Shown here one piece after another: positions 51,301 to 64,000 of a stretch of DNA of 64,000 nt. Origin of the DNA: Phoronis australis (taxonomy: Eukaryota; Animalia; Phoronida). The position numbers and the translations under genes are program-made. Every line of letters starts with the position of its first letter. Position 1 is the first letter of the stretch. The DNA lies in NCBI GenBank assembly GCA_002633005.1, contig NMRA01000002.1:1581023-1645022 (forward strand), in the 5' to 3' direction. The notes under the pieces were generated by a model. That model was not told the DNA's origin. It ran no database searches and saw nothing but the letters and a program-made list of their open reading frames with translations.

Positions 51301-54300
51301 TAATAGGATTAGAATCTCATAAGGCACTTTCATACTCACATTAACTCTGGAGTGGTATGAGTGAAATGTCTATGTAAACTGCGAAGTTTATTCAACTGTT
51401 CATACCAGCTTCGGTGGTTAGCAACATCGAAGTGAACGATAGGTGATGCTGTCATCACCGAAGCAGTGGCCCCTAGTGATAACATAAATGAGACCAAAGT
51501 TGGCCATTTATACTGCACTGCAGCGTCAATGCTTCACTGTTAAATCCACCTGTTTACAGAAAAGTTAATTGGCGCCGTGCCGTTGATGTTAATCCAAGAC
51601 GGAAGTTAACTGTTCATAATGACCACAACTGCGGAAACTTTGAGGCATCTACCTTAGTATGAAAGGGCCTATAAATGTGCAGCTTTGGGTACGTAACAGG
51701 ATTAGTGTCTCCGATATGCAGCTTTGTGGGCATCCTTTTCCCCCCAGATTAATTCAAGTGATGCCATTGTAGTGTCAGTTTGGCTAACTGCAGCTGATAA
51801 TGTAGACACAAACAAGACCAACAAGCCATTCAAAGGGTCTTTAAAACTAATGTGACAGGTGGTGTGCACAACATCTGGACTTGTGACAAACACAGCAATT
51901 ACCTGCAGGTATTTTACCCAGACTCTGTTGTCTGGTATCACTCAACAATAAATCAATTAAAGAAAAAATAACACCTTCTGGACAACAGACATGTCCAAGA
52001 ACATCGTAGTGGTCACTATTTTTGTCAAATTTCTCAGATTAGAATACACAAATATGACACTTTCCTTCAGCAAAGAAGAAAGTGGGTCCAGAGATAGCAT
52101 TCGAAATACACGTTGGCCCGTGGATTTGCGGAGGGCCAGTAAACTTTCACGTATAGGCCCTGTATGGATGTGATCTCATATTCAAGTAACTGGCCTGGCG
52201 GGCCAGCACATTTATTTGATGAAGCTTGAAAATTGCACAGAGACAAGAAGATCAATGAGACGTCTAGCAAACCATGGCAACATTTTATCTTAAAGCAGCT
52301 TGAATATCACTTTTCTTGCTATGCATGCAATGTGTGTGTATTTTGCATGAAACAACTAGTCTCTTAAAATAATGAGCCATACATACCACTATCGCCTTTC
52401 CTCAGGATCCTGTCAGCACACAGATAGTCAGACAGAGGTTCTTCCTGGTGGTTGAAGTACCAGTTTTCGATGTCCTCTTCATACTTCTCCACCATGTGGA
52501 AGCACTGTGAAACGTGGATCAATTATTAGACAGCACTAAGATCTTACATTGCTATAATGTATCAGGTGGTCATGCTTAAACAATGCATAGAACTTTGAGA
52601 ATTACAATGTTGACCTTGACCTTAGAAGCACACAAAAACCATAAAGACTGAGTTAAACCTCTGAACAGCATATGTCACAAACTTCATGAAAACAGTTAAA
52701 ATGGCAGTAAACAAGTCCTCCATCACAAAAAAAAAAATCAACTGAGTCCTCTCCTCATTATGAAAATGGTCTAAAACTGTTCCTTATCCAAATTGGAGGT
52801 GATTTTAAGGATTCGAAACTTCATCATTGCTCAAGACCAGACTCTACATACTAGAGTGTCATGGTTTGTCATTTTATACACTGAGCAAGGTCTAGAAGAA
52901 AAAACATACTGTACGTTCTTTGCAAAGCCAGAAATCACTTTTCCTCTGAATAATTAAGAAACGATAAAAACTCACAAATTTGTAATTTCGAAAACTGAAT
53001 AGGTTTCTTGAGTGCTCACAAATTCTTGAAACATTATATTATGGTAGCTAAAGTATTAAAATTAAATACAGTTGTAATTAAAATCAAAATTGTTCTTTTT
53101 CATTTTTCAAACAGGCTTTTTATATTCCTGTGAATTCTCACAAAATCTCAAAACATAGTCTCACGGTACGGTAGGTATGGCATACAACTTAAATACAATA
53201 AAGCTCCCACTTTGGTGAAAGAAGTAAAATTTCACCTGTTGGCCAAGTTGTGCCCTAAATTTGCTGAATTTTACCGTATCTAAAATTGCTCATTTTACTT
53301 CAAGAAGGAGTTATCTCATCTGTAAAGATATTAAACTTGAACAACACGACTCATGCCTCTCTCTGCATGACTCATGCCTCTCTCTGCATGACTCATGCCT
53401 CTCTCTGCATGACGCATACCTCTCTCTGCATGACAGACACCTCTGCTGATGGTTCGTCCCACAACTCATAAGGAATGTCCATCTCGACTTTCACACCTTT
53501 GTGCCTAAAAATCACATGCGAACCTCTGACTGACAATGTTGCCCACAAACATAGGACAATGTCCAATCACTGATATCTCAAAAGAGGATGAAATGCATCA
53601 TTTTAAGACCCTTTTACCCACAAACAAAACTTCAAAAATATAAATTTCCATTCTATACCAATGACTTAGAAAATGTTGAAATTAGTTGATTATGGATGAG
53701 TAACAATATTTCACAATATTTCACAGCGGCAGTAAACAATGCCTGTTTGCAAACTTGTCATGATGCAGACAACCTAAACATACAAAAAAAATCTACACTA
53801 GTTTTCAAATTACTTTAGGGTGGCAGAAAATTGTCTCAAACTTTTTTAAACCATTAAAATAAGACGCAGATGGACTGTATAGTCAATGCAACTGTCAAGA
53901 CTTGCTGAGATTGTTTTTTTCGTGCTCTTTAACTCAGTGGCAACAGTTTTTGTCAGTATACAATAGCTAATGTGTGCATGTGAAATTTTCCTTTTGACTA
54001 ATTTTTAAAAGATTTTTTGCAAATTTTCTTCAACTATCTTCTTGATTTCCAGCATAACATTGGTTAGGCTAGACAAAATTCAACAACTTTTTTGAAAACT
54101 ACAATTGCTGCAGATCTGTCCAGATTGTGAAATTTTTAGAAACTGGAAGTGAAACTGATACTCAGCTCAACAAATAATGAGCAGCCAGTGAATGAGTCAT
54201 TTCACAGCATGACAACTAAATGACATGCAAATAATGTAGTGCCTACATGTAGTCCTAAAGTATACTGATAACTTCCAAAAAAGAAACCTGGGGGTCAAAT

Positions 54301-57300
54301 GTGATCAGTATATTCTTTCATGACATTCTCTCTGTTCACACGAGCAGTTCTTTAGGGAAAAGTTGGGTGGCGTGGATGTTGCACTTTCTCCATGAGAACT
54401 TAAAGGTAGTCACGACAGATCATCCTCTCACTTTTTTACAGCCAGGATACGTTTCCCCTCAGTACGAGCAGTCTGTTTCTGCCTTATTACCGTCAAAATT
54501 AAAGTGAATTTTCCGTTATGTGTCACGTAAACAAAAACAAAAACATTCTGTTCCCAAGAAACAATACACTGTAATTCTCTCTATCTTGGCTCCACCCACA
54601 TTTTTCCAAGACTACACCACTGATCCAAACACAGTGCACACACACACCTGACCTTCTGTTTCCGTGGCGAATAACTGACTGGAAAACTAACTGTAAAATG
54701 TAACTTTTGATTTAGACCATTTGTACTTAAGAAGTTGACCTCAATTTTTTAAGAATAGAATCTTGGGTTTGGAAACACAGTTTAATACCGATTGAGACCA
54801 TGCTTGGCCTACAAAGTGACCTAGATTTGTAGTGCATAGCTTGGAATGACCACTGAACAAAAAAGAGGAAATTTCCGAGAGATGTTTCTCTCCATAAAGA
54901 ACAGGCATGTGTGACAGAAATACTTATTTTGTTGTAAAAATATGTTTTTGCATGAATAAAGTGAAAATAATGATAAAAAGTGACAAAAAAGGAAACTGGA
55001 AATCAAATACGAGGAAATTGAAACCAAAAAAGAGCAAATTCCCTTAAAAGTCCTGGTAATAGTGGTAAAAATCAAAAAGTTAGTTTTCTTGATGGAACAC
55101 TGGTTTAAATAGCAACAGTCCAACTTACACCAGATTCTTGAGGGTTTGCATAGTTTGCGATGTGCCTTTAGCATATCTGTTACTACCATCTCTCTCGGCA
55201 TGAACATTATATTTAATGATTTGTTCACAAATATGAGGTTCATGAAGAGCTTCAGTAAGTCGCAGTTCTCTACAAAGAAGAAAAAGAAATGTGAGTGTCT
55301 AGTTGACTTCTTCAGACTTGGCAACCACCATATTAGGCAAAAACTTCAACATAAATTGATGATTGTTCCACTAAAATGTAATCCCAACTTCTAAAACATC
55401 ATTTTTGCACATTGCAAGACATATAAGAACAAAAATATGATACTATTTAAGGAGTTTAAAATATCTGGGTGACCAATCAGTTTTGAGAAATGTTCCCATG
55501 CAACGGTGTTTGCTGAACATGTTGAAAATGAAACATTTGGAATATTCTGTTTTTCTTAGTAGCACTAATTAATTGAATCAAAATACATGATCTGCCTGCC
55601 TACTTCAAAACCTCTGCATTAAATAGACATAACTTTCGGTGACACTCATTGGTGGTTGCTTGTGCATTTCTCACTCAGACGAACACCATTGGTTAGTTTT
55701 GGTGTATATCTCATTGTCAATGGCCAATCGAATTTGAGCTCATCTCATTGGCCTTATAAGGGTTTTGTTGGCCTATACAATATCTAGTCTGGGATTGCTG
55801 CTGCAAGTTTCTCACACAAGATATAGCAACTGCATCAAAACTTCTAAAATAACTTTACGCAATCCAGAATTGACAGCTTGACTCACGAGTTTCTATATTT
55901 GATTCTCTTCTTCTTGGTCTCCAGACCATGCCCAGTTTCCAGTACTTCATGCGTCTTACCGGTCTCGAATAATCTCTCGTTGAGTTCTGTTACCAAAAAC
56001 TTACAAACTGCAAAAAATGCATTACAGGAAATGAGAACAATACAGTATACAAGCAATAGGCGTTTCACTCCTGGTTCAATATTCAAGAAGCTTAAAGTCA
56101 ACGAAATCTGAAACATGGGTTTGTTTGATGAACTTTGAAGTGGTTAATGTTTCCCCGATATTGATCACTAATTTGCGGTATTTTTTGTTTTCACATTTAC
56201 AAGTTGTCATTGAACACAGCTGCACTTTGTTTAGCACAGACGATATTTAAAGAGCATTTATTTAGTTCTTGCTATACATTAGCTTAGTTAGGAGCATGCA
56301 GATACATCGTTAATGGGTCTAGAAAAAAACAAAATCATGTTTTCAGCCAACAAGCAAAGTTTGATTTTTTATTTTCTTAAAATAAGCTCTTGTAGTGGTC
56401 TCGAATTTTGAGAACCATTTGATGTCAGTTATTCAGCGGAGAAAACTGGTTCTCAAAATGGAGGACTCTACAGTCACCAAAAGGATTTATCTGTTGAATC
56501 TAAAAATGAACTAAGGTTGGTAATTTCTAGGAAAGTCTGCTAGTGTGTGTGTGACTAACACTTCAAAAGAGTCAATCAAAGAGTACACCATTCTCCCTAA
56601 ATATACTATGCTGCAACATGTTCAAAAACTTTTCCACATTTGAAAAGCCACATTTTTCTGCTTTTAAGCCAAATGATTGAAATTGTGTTCCAAAGTGGTA
56701 GGATTATCTAGCAGTAAAAATGACAGTGACAAGCAAGAGAAAATAATGAGTTGCTGAAATTGTTTTTTGGAATTAAAAGAAAGGAAGATTACTATTTGAG
56801 AACATGACGCACTGTGAACCTTGTATAAATTTTTGTCCACATAAACCCTGATATGGAGAAAAATCTTGCTTTGAACCAGATAATCTTTTATGTGATGCAA
56901 TGAGGTTAGTGCTGTTCAGACACCTTATCTCTAAAAGGAAGTGACTGTGCAAAGGCATGGGTGAAATCATCATTTTTACAGGTTTATAATCCAGAGGCAA
57001 CAAGTTTTTGAGGAATAGGCCATCCTGCCATCACTCCTTTGAGATGGGTGGTCTGGTGATTAAAAATTCTATTTTGTAATTTTCATTTTTGGAGCTTGCT
57101 TATTTGTGATGCAAAAATTAAACAGAGTATTCACCGACAACATGGCAAAATAAGCGGATTTTTGCTATTCACCAAATTTACAAAATACTGATTTTGCATG
57201 TTAATGAAAAAATATTCTCTAGTTAGAATTTAATGATCTCAACCATTATGTTGAAGCACCATTTAACCCGAGCTTTCTGTCAAAAATTAAGTTTTTATTT

Positions 57301-58322
57301 AAGTGACTGTTACAAAACTGGTTTCGTTTAGTTTCTCACTCAGTTTTAAAATATAATGATGTCAGAGTTGAGGAAGAACTGACATTTTATTATTTATTCA
57401 GATCAAGCTCACAAAGTTTCAGGCATGACCTGAAATCTTATGAGCTTAACACAAAGAAATAACGATCTGTCAGTTCTTTGGAAGTCCATAAATCACACTT
57501 ATTTTGACAAATCAATAAGCTGAGACCAATTTCATAACTGTATAGTATAGAGTAAATCAAAACTATTTTAGACAGACATTAGCATGGCATTTATACCACT
57601 TTAAGATCGGTTATGTTGAGCATGAAACTTTGACAACAACGTGTAAGCAGCTGTAAGCTACTACATCTGGTTACAAAAATAAAACTGTTCCTGCACAAAA
57701 TGTTGTTATTAGAATGCGGGTAGGCTAATAAATTTTTTATGCAGACAATTGCAAAGTTTCCCTTTTGAATGATATAATGCTTTAAAGTTGAAATGTGTAG
57801 TTCCCATTCCGTAAATAATGATTATTTCTTTACTAATAAATTAAATAAATAACAGCTAGTCACCAAATCACAGCAACATGTTTTTGTTGTAAACAAACAG
57901 TCCAAATCACTGATCACCGACTATACGCTCTAATTTCAGTTTCATGACATAAAATACAAAATACAGGGTTCAAGAATGTTTCGTTTTAGTATTCAGGTAA
58001 TTGTTATTTTATGAACGTCCACACGTATAAACTGAAAGCCAACATTTCGAAGTCGTCAAGATATAAGTCTCCAGGGAGATCAGCCAATAGGTAACATCCA
58101 CGCGCTTCCTCGATAGCTACTTTATTAACATATTAATTAGGGTACCTGCAGAGAACACGAAGTTGGTACCAGTAGGCAGTAACGTGGGTATTCTAAATCA
58201 CATGAATTTCTTCCAAACAACCTACCTTCACATCTTGTCGGTAAACGTGTAGGATCGAGATGTCCACTTAAGACTAATTCAACAAAACATACAACAAAAG
58301 CAAAAAACAACGAGAATTTCAT
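48316..58322 (-). CDS. CNPY4: Protein canopy homolog 3/4 (saposin-like ER co-chaperone), complete, 7 exons, C-terminal KDEL
   Basis: Exons 58322-58226, 56007-55887, 55269-55129, 53504-53420, 52504-52387, 50184-50026, 48365-48316. Signal peptide MKFSLFF.., [75 protein letters not shown], an acidic and Lys-rich tail, and NKDEL*. It is probably co-orthologous to vertebrate CNPY3 and CNPY4. Confidence 0.94.
53348..53434. repeat. 21-bp tandem repeat (about 4 copies) spanning the CNPY exon 4 splice donor
   Basis: Unit gactcatgcctctctctgcat; the last copy is the coding exon end. Confidence 0.92.
58084..58102 (+). promoter_or_regulatory. ER stress response element (ERSE-I, CCAAT-N9-CCACG) in CNPY intron 1
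   Basis: ccaat-aggtaacat-ccacg is an exact match to the consensus. Confidence 0.75.
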
Positions 58323-58599
58323 GGTGAGGAACGAGGAACCCCGTCTGCATCAAACGACAAGTGAAACTAAAATGACACGGGTGACCGACCCGGAAGTAAT
58401 CGTTGTTGTTATCTTTAGCTGGTTTACGATTAAATATCTTGTTTGGATGAGTGAGGGGAACCAGTGTAACAGACGCGGCGCGCCGACTGGTGTCCATTAA
58501 TCAAACTATACCACACCCTCGCCATCTTTCTAAGGAAGTTGTGTTGACTGTCCAGAGTCCGCAACTTCACTCTTCATTTAAATTACTGTAAGAAACTTG
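58323..58599. promoter_or_regulatory. Bidirectional CNPY/ARPC1A promoter and probable non-coding first exon of ARPC1A
   Basis: ETS ccggaagt at 58390-58397, a CpG-rich patch, YY1-like cgccatctt at 58520; donor gtaagt at 58600 and an acceptor ending at 59051, just before the ARPC1A ATG. Confidence 0.65.
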
Positions 58600-59074
58600 G
58601 TAAGTATACTGCCTGTTGATGTGGGATATGCTCCTTATTCTTATTAGCTTACGTAATCTTACCATCTCCCACGAATTCTCACCAGATTAAGAAGAAAGGT
58701 GCGCACTTCTCTTGCCATCTCGTCTGCTCTGTTTGTAATCTTGTAGATATACCAACGGCTCCAGTCGAAACGGTGGCCATCCCAAAGTGGTCATACACCG
58801 GAAGCTTTTCGGCGAATTAGGCCTCACACTGATTAGACCATTAAATTCAAATACTCCCGCTATCAAACTTTATTCGAATAATCCTTCGTTCAGTTGCCCA
58901 AATTGGCAACTGGCCGTTTATACACTGCTCTCGCCAGGGCAGGGGACATGATGTTTTTGAAAATGGAAAACCAAGGTGTTCAATATTGCTTCTTCATATG
59001 TTTGATAGTGAAGTATTTTGTATCGGATGTTTAACTTGTATATTGTTTCAGATCAAAGCATTCCACTGTAAATT

Positions 59075-62000
59075 ATGTCTGAAGTTCACAGTTTTGGCAT
59101 TGCACCAATATCCTGCCACGCTTGGAACAATGACCGGAGCCGTAAGTACCTCTTGGTGAACTTGAATGAACTGTTACCACTGGCACTGGTGGGATGTAGC
59201 GGTCCCTGATTTAGAGAACAACCACTGAATAACGGGCTCGTTATATATCCGACCAGTGCCGTTGCCACTGTTGTAGTCACTGCTAATTTATGTAGTATGT
59301 ACAAAGCTTCAGTCATCACAAACGGTTAAAATTAGGGAAAGATCAACTTTAACGAAGCATACTTAGGTTTGAAAGCATTTTCTTAGACATAATTATTTTA
59401 CATTTTTAATATCTAAATATATTCAGGCTTCTCCCTGGGCAAAACTTCATACTTGGTTCGCATTGCATATCTTTTTTTGCTTTCTAATCTTCTTTTCTTC
59501 TCATTTACAGGAACAATCTGTCTAACTTCAGTGCTGAGCATGTCACCATTTTTACATGTGTAGGAATAAAAACAATATACTGCACCTATGTAATATTATG
59601 CCAATCATTTTTCCTGCAGTGGAAATAAGGCTCAGCCATTTCAAACATAGTTCAGAGTTTCTCTGACAAGGCTCAAGATTTCCAAACATAGCTCGGGGCT
59701 TTTCAAACATGGGGTAGCGACATGTTTGAATACATGTTGGGTCATGCGTGGGTATATTACACAGATGGGACCTCAAATGTTTAGGAAAGTAATTAACAAA
59801 ACCCTTCTAAGTCTACTGGCACAACTGCAGACTGTCTAAATAACCTTGATCAACCCTCAAATGTTTAGGGCAAGTTTGCAACTCGTTACAAAATTTGTTA
59901 AATCAGCATGCGTTACTAATGTTTAAGGTGAGTTTATTGTAGATTAAGGGGAAGGGCAGCCCACATAAAACTGCAGTACCCACTTTGTGACAATAAATGA
60001 GGAAATGCTTTACCTGAATAATGTTACTATTTCCCTGGGAAGATTTTACTTACGTAATAACAGGTGACCAAATCAGAATAGGACGAAATCTCTAAGACAG
60101 TGTTTAATATCCTTGTTCGGTGACTGAATTTTTACCAAAGCGTTATAATGTGTTCTGTTGTTTACAGAGCTGTGCTTATCACCTAACACTAACGAGGTTC
60201 AGGTGTTCAAGCGTAGTGGCCGTACATGGACGTGCTCGGAGATCCTGACTGAACATGTGCAGCATGTGACGGGCATTGACTGGGCGCCCAGCAGTAACCG
60301 CATTGTCACCTGCGGCGTGGTGAGTGGGTGGGCTGTATTATGCAAATTGGGGATGATTGACAGATAGCGGAACGTAGCTCTTACTGGTCTTTAAAAATTT
60401 CATTCATTTATGTTTGTTTAATAATATTGTAAATTTGCATACAATCAAATGAGAGTTGTTCATTGGTTTCAAGATATTATCTTTTTCGTATGAATATGCT
60501 TGGAACCACCATTTTTCTATCATCAGCTGATCACATCATCCATTTGTTGTGCCGAACGAGACTCATATTGTTTGTTTGAGCTGTAAGTTAGGTTGGTGAT
60601 GACGACGACGGTGACGGTAATAATTTCAAATTCCTTTCTAAGGACCGTAATGCTTACGTATGGGAGGATGTGAAAGGCACTTGGAAACCTACCCTGGTCA
60701 TCTTGCGTATCAACCGTGCTGCCACTTCTGTCAAGTGGTCTCCTTTGGGTGAGTGTGCATGATGGAGTAATGACTGAGGGGGTCACGTGTGCCTTACTGG
60801 TGTAGTAATGTGGCATATGAGATACATAAGCAATGCATCAAAGTGTCTTTGTTTATGGTGTACGTTTCTTTTCTGAACAGTATTGTTATAATTTCCATAA
60901 TGGAGAGAGTTTATTTTTATCCCTCGCATATGAAGAAATGCAAACAGTTACAGTACCTTTTCCACATGTTTGCATGCCCTGGAAATGTACAGTTTTGTAA
61001 GGGGTGTTTTGGTGTCTGTACTTCTGTTATAAGTTGTCCTCATTGTATGATTGTGAGATCACCTGAGGTGTGCTCATGTTTACAGAGAACAAGTTTGCTG
61101 TGGGCAGTAGCGCTCGTGTCATCTCCATCTGTTACTTTGAAGAAGAGAACAACTGGTGGGTGAGCAAGCACATTAAGAAGCCAATCCGTTCGACGGTGAC
61201 CTCTCTGGACTGGCACCCAAACAACATCCTGCTTGCCTCGGGCTCTTCCGACTTCAAGATGAGGTAGGTGTAGGCAAGCGAGGTTTATGGTGCTTCTTGT
61301 GCAACAAAAAATGAACATAATTTATTTGAAACGATATTTTTGTGCTTTATTGTAGGTAAGAACCTTTATGTAAATCATACTAGACTAAGACCTTCCTAAG
61401 TAAACTTGTCAATGGCTGGAATTTGACTCTGTGTCCGGCATCCGCAGCTGTATCTTCTAAATTCCTCAAAGGATCTTAGTGAGATTTGACAGATGTGTTC
61501 CTATGGATATGACAACGGATGACAAAGTTCGAACTGATCCGACTACAGCTGTGCCCCCTATTGACAATTTGATTTTTTTACGGTTTCCTTTGTGTCTGTG
61601 GAATTCTTGGATGGATTTTCATGAGATTTCGTTGTTGTTCAGGAGGTGACACCACCTTAACATTTTGGAATGGCTTTGGTGATTCTGCGCCACCTTGTGG
61701 CCATTTTTTAAATTTTCAAGTCAGTTTTTTGGCGTCAAACTTTCTATCTGTCAAACTGCGTGAAAAATCATGAAAATTAGCTGGTGTGTTCCTAAGCAGG
61801 AGACCCCGGCTGATGTCGATTTTTGAAAATGTTTCGCTACTCTGGCGTCCCCTAGTGGGGATTTTGTTTTTTTGCGTCGGCAGCTGTATCTCCTTAACCC
61901 TTTGCAAGAATTTTGTGACATTTGGCAAATGTGTTTCCATGGAGCTGACGACAGATGATGAAGTGTTTCGGACGGATTCAACAGATTTTACACCACCTTA

Positions 62001-63397
62001 TGGCCATTTTTGTTAGTTTTGCATCTGTATCCTGGTGTCCGCCTCTCTATCTGCCATATCACTCTGAAGATCATTATGAAAATGTACAGATGTGTTCTTG
62101 ATGAGAGTGCAATGACTGACCATGATTTTTGGATGGTTCCAACCACTGTTTGGCCCCAAGTCGTGATTTTGTTTTTTTGCGTCTGTAGCTGAATCTCCTG
62201 TACTTTTTGAAGAAGTTTTGTGAAATTTGAAAGATGCATTCTGTTGGAGCCGACGAGAAATGGTAACAAGTTTTGAACTGATCCAAATAACGCTGTGCCC
62301 CCTATTGGTAAAATATTTTTTACATTGCCTCTGTAGCTTCGGAGTTCATTAATGTATTCCATGAAATTTGGCAAATATGTTTCTATTAAGTAGATGAGAA
62401 CGCCTTCCAATTTTCGGACAGTTCTGACGTTTTCTATGCCACCTGGTGACCATTTAAATTTTTTTGCATGTTTGAGGTATGCCTCTCTATCTGCCAAACC
62501 ACTTAAAGGATCATAATGAAAATTGACAGTTGTGTGTTGCGTTCCTGATGCGAAGACCTCAGCTGACGTTGATTTTCGGATGTTTTTGACTATTGTGGCA
62601 ACTCTTATGGCAATTTTGCTTTTTTTTGCATCTACGGCTGTATCTCCTTAACCCTTTGAAGGATCTTTACGAAATTTGGCAGACTGGCTCCTATAGAGAT
62701 GGCAACAGATGACAGTTCAGACCAATCGTACTGTAGCTGTGCTCCTGAGTGTCAATTGTATTGTACGTTTGCCTCTATATCTTAGAAGTTCCTTGGCTTA
62801 TTTTCATGAAATTTGACAAAAAGCTGTGTAATACAGAGACAGTGCCACCTTCTCAATTCATACGAGTTTGACTCATTCTTCGCCATCTAATGGCCATTTT
62901 TATGATACCAACAACACCCATAGAAGCACACCATATGCGGTGCTGTCGTGGGTGCATTTCAACGCTCAGTGTATTTGATTGTCATAAATCTATGGGACCA
63001 ATCTGTTGGCAATCAGTTGATAAGTATGTTGCTCAACAAGAACTTATGATTAATCTAAAGTCATAGTGATTTGTCAACGTTTCCCAAGTTCATAAATCAC
63101 TTCTAACAAAATGGAAACTAAACTTGCACAGGTAAGTAATCCATTGGAAAGTTAGGTTAGTGGTTGTGAGGTTGAAGTTTGCTGAAAGCACGTAGTTTGA
63201 AGCTTTAACATAAAGGTATTCTATTTTTACCCAATGCAGTACTGTTACATTTCACTTTAGTTCAAATTCACTCTTTGGCTTACTTTGCAGGGTTTTTTCT
63301 GCTTACATCAAAGAGGTGGATGCAAAACCAGGAGCGACCTCTTGGGGCAAGAAAATGACCTTCGGCAATGCCATGGCAGAATTCTCCAATGGTGGAG
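59075..63397 (+). CDS. ARPC1A: Actin-related protein 2/3 complex subunit 1 (p41-Arc, WD40), 5' part (gene continues beyond the right edge)
   Basis: Exons 59075-59141, 60168-60319, 60643-60748, 61086-61263, 63291-63397. Motifs: [85 protein letters not shown]. Confidence 0.97.
61420..62975 (+). mobile_element. HINE-like element with a long degenerate tandem array in an ARPC1A intron
   Basis: Repeated subunits (gctgtatctcc..aggatcttt..aaatttggca..ctgtgcccct) and a 3' end ggccatttttatgatac..agcacaccat..cgtgggtgcatttcaacgctc matching 38430-38520. Confidence 0.8.
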
Positions 63398-64000
63398 GTA
63401 GGCTATATGTAAAGATCATGGGTCAAAACTCTCCTATAGTGGAGGTTGGTCATTTGAATAGTTCAAGGATCTTGAGCAAATTTGAACATCACACTTCGTA
63501 ATCACAATGTCCAACTTTCATCACACCGTCAAATTAACTCAAGTTGTGTCCAAAAGTTCAATTTGTGTTTGCTCTGTTGGCCTGAAATATGAATCATTTC
63601 TTTCCTTTGTGTGGCCTTAAAAAGTGAGCACACTGCTCTAGTGTTCAATTAAAGATTTTGTTTCAGCCATTTCAATTTTTATCTATGGCCGCTTAATGTC
63701 TCCTGGGTGAAATGTGGAATTACGGAAACCTTAATTGTATTGGCACACCATCTGGTCATCACGTCTTTCTGTGCTATGTCTCCATGTACTTTCATGCCAG
63801 TCCGAGCACAGGGCTTGAAGCCTTCTTACTGGAATAACCTCTGACATAGCTAGCGTAGGAAATGACCTGGATAGACAAACAGCTCATTAATATTAATGAG
63901 AAGTCTGTTAAAACTCGCAGTTTTTCGGAAAGAAAAGGATCATTTTTTAAAGGTGAAACTTGTTGCTTTGCATGGTTTTAGCGATAGCTTACATTTTCAT

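Noticed and set aside
59540-59563. Alternative ARPC1A ATG after an acceptor at 59510
   Set aside because: It hits a stop after 7 codons; the homologous start is at 59075.
61988-62497. 169-aa minus-strand ORF
   Set aside because: It lies wholly within the degenerate HINE satellite array.

Overview
This is AT-rich eukaryotic (invertebrate metazoan-like) genomic DNA with one scaffold gap (6927-7500); the species cannot be determined from the sequence. Hand-splicing gives six genes, most invisible in the ORF track: the 5' part of NUP85 (- strand, runs off the left edge); complete CRYM/mu-crystallin (+, 8 exons, ATG only 67 bp from the NUP85 ATG); an intronless nuclear-type UNG (-); an unnamed 3-exon gene whose N-terminal domain resembles a degenerate ParB/sulfiredoxin-like fold followed by an acidic tail (+); complete CNPY3/4-type canopy with KDEL (-, 7 exons, perfect ERSE in intron 1); and the 5' part of ARPC1A (+, head-to-head with canopy, runs off the right edge). 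Introns and intergenic DNA carry minisatellites (two starting exactly at splice donors), several MITE families, Helentron-associated (HINE/DINE-like) elements, a nested THAP-bearing TIR transposon relic and a Penelope GIY-YIG fragment. All homology calls come from recalled motifs, not database searches.
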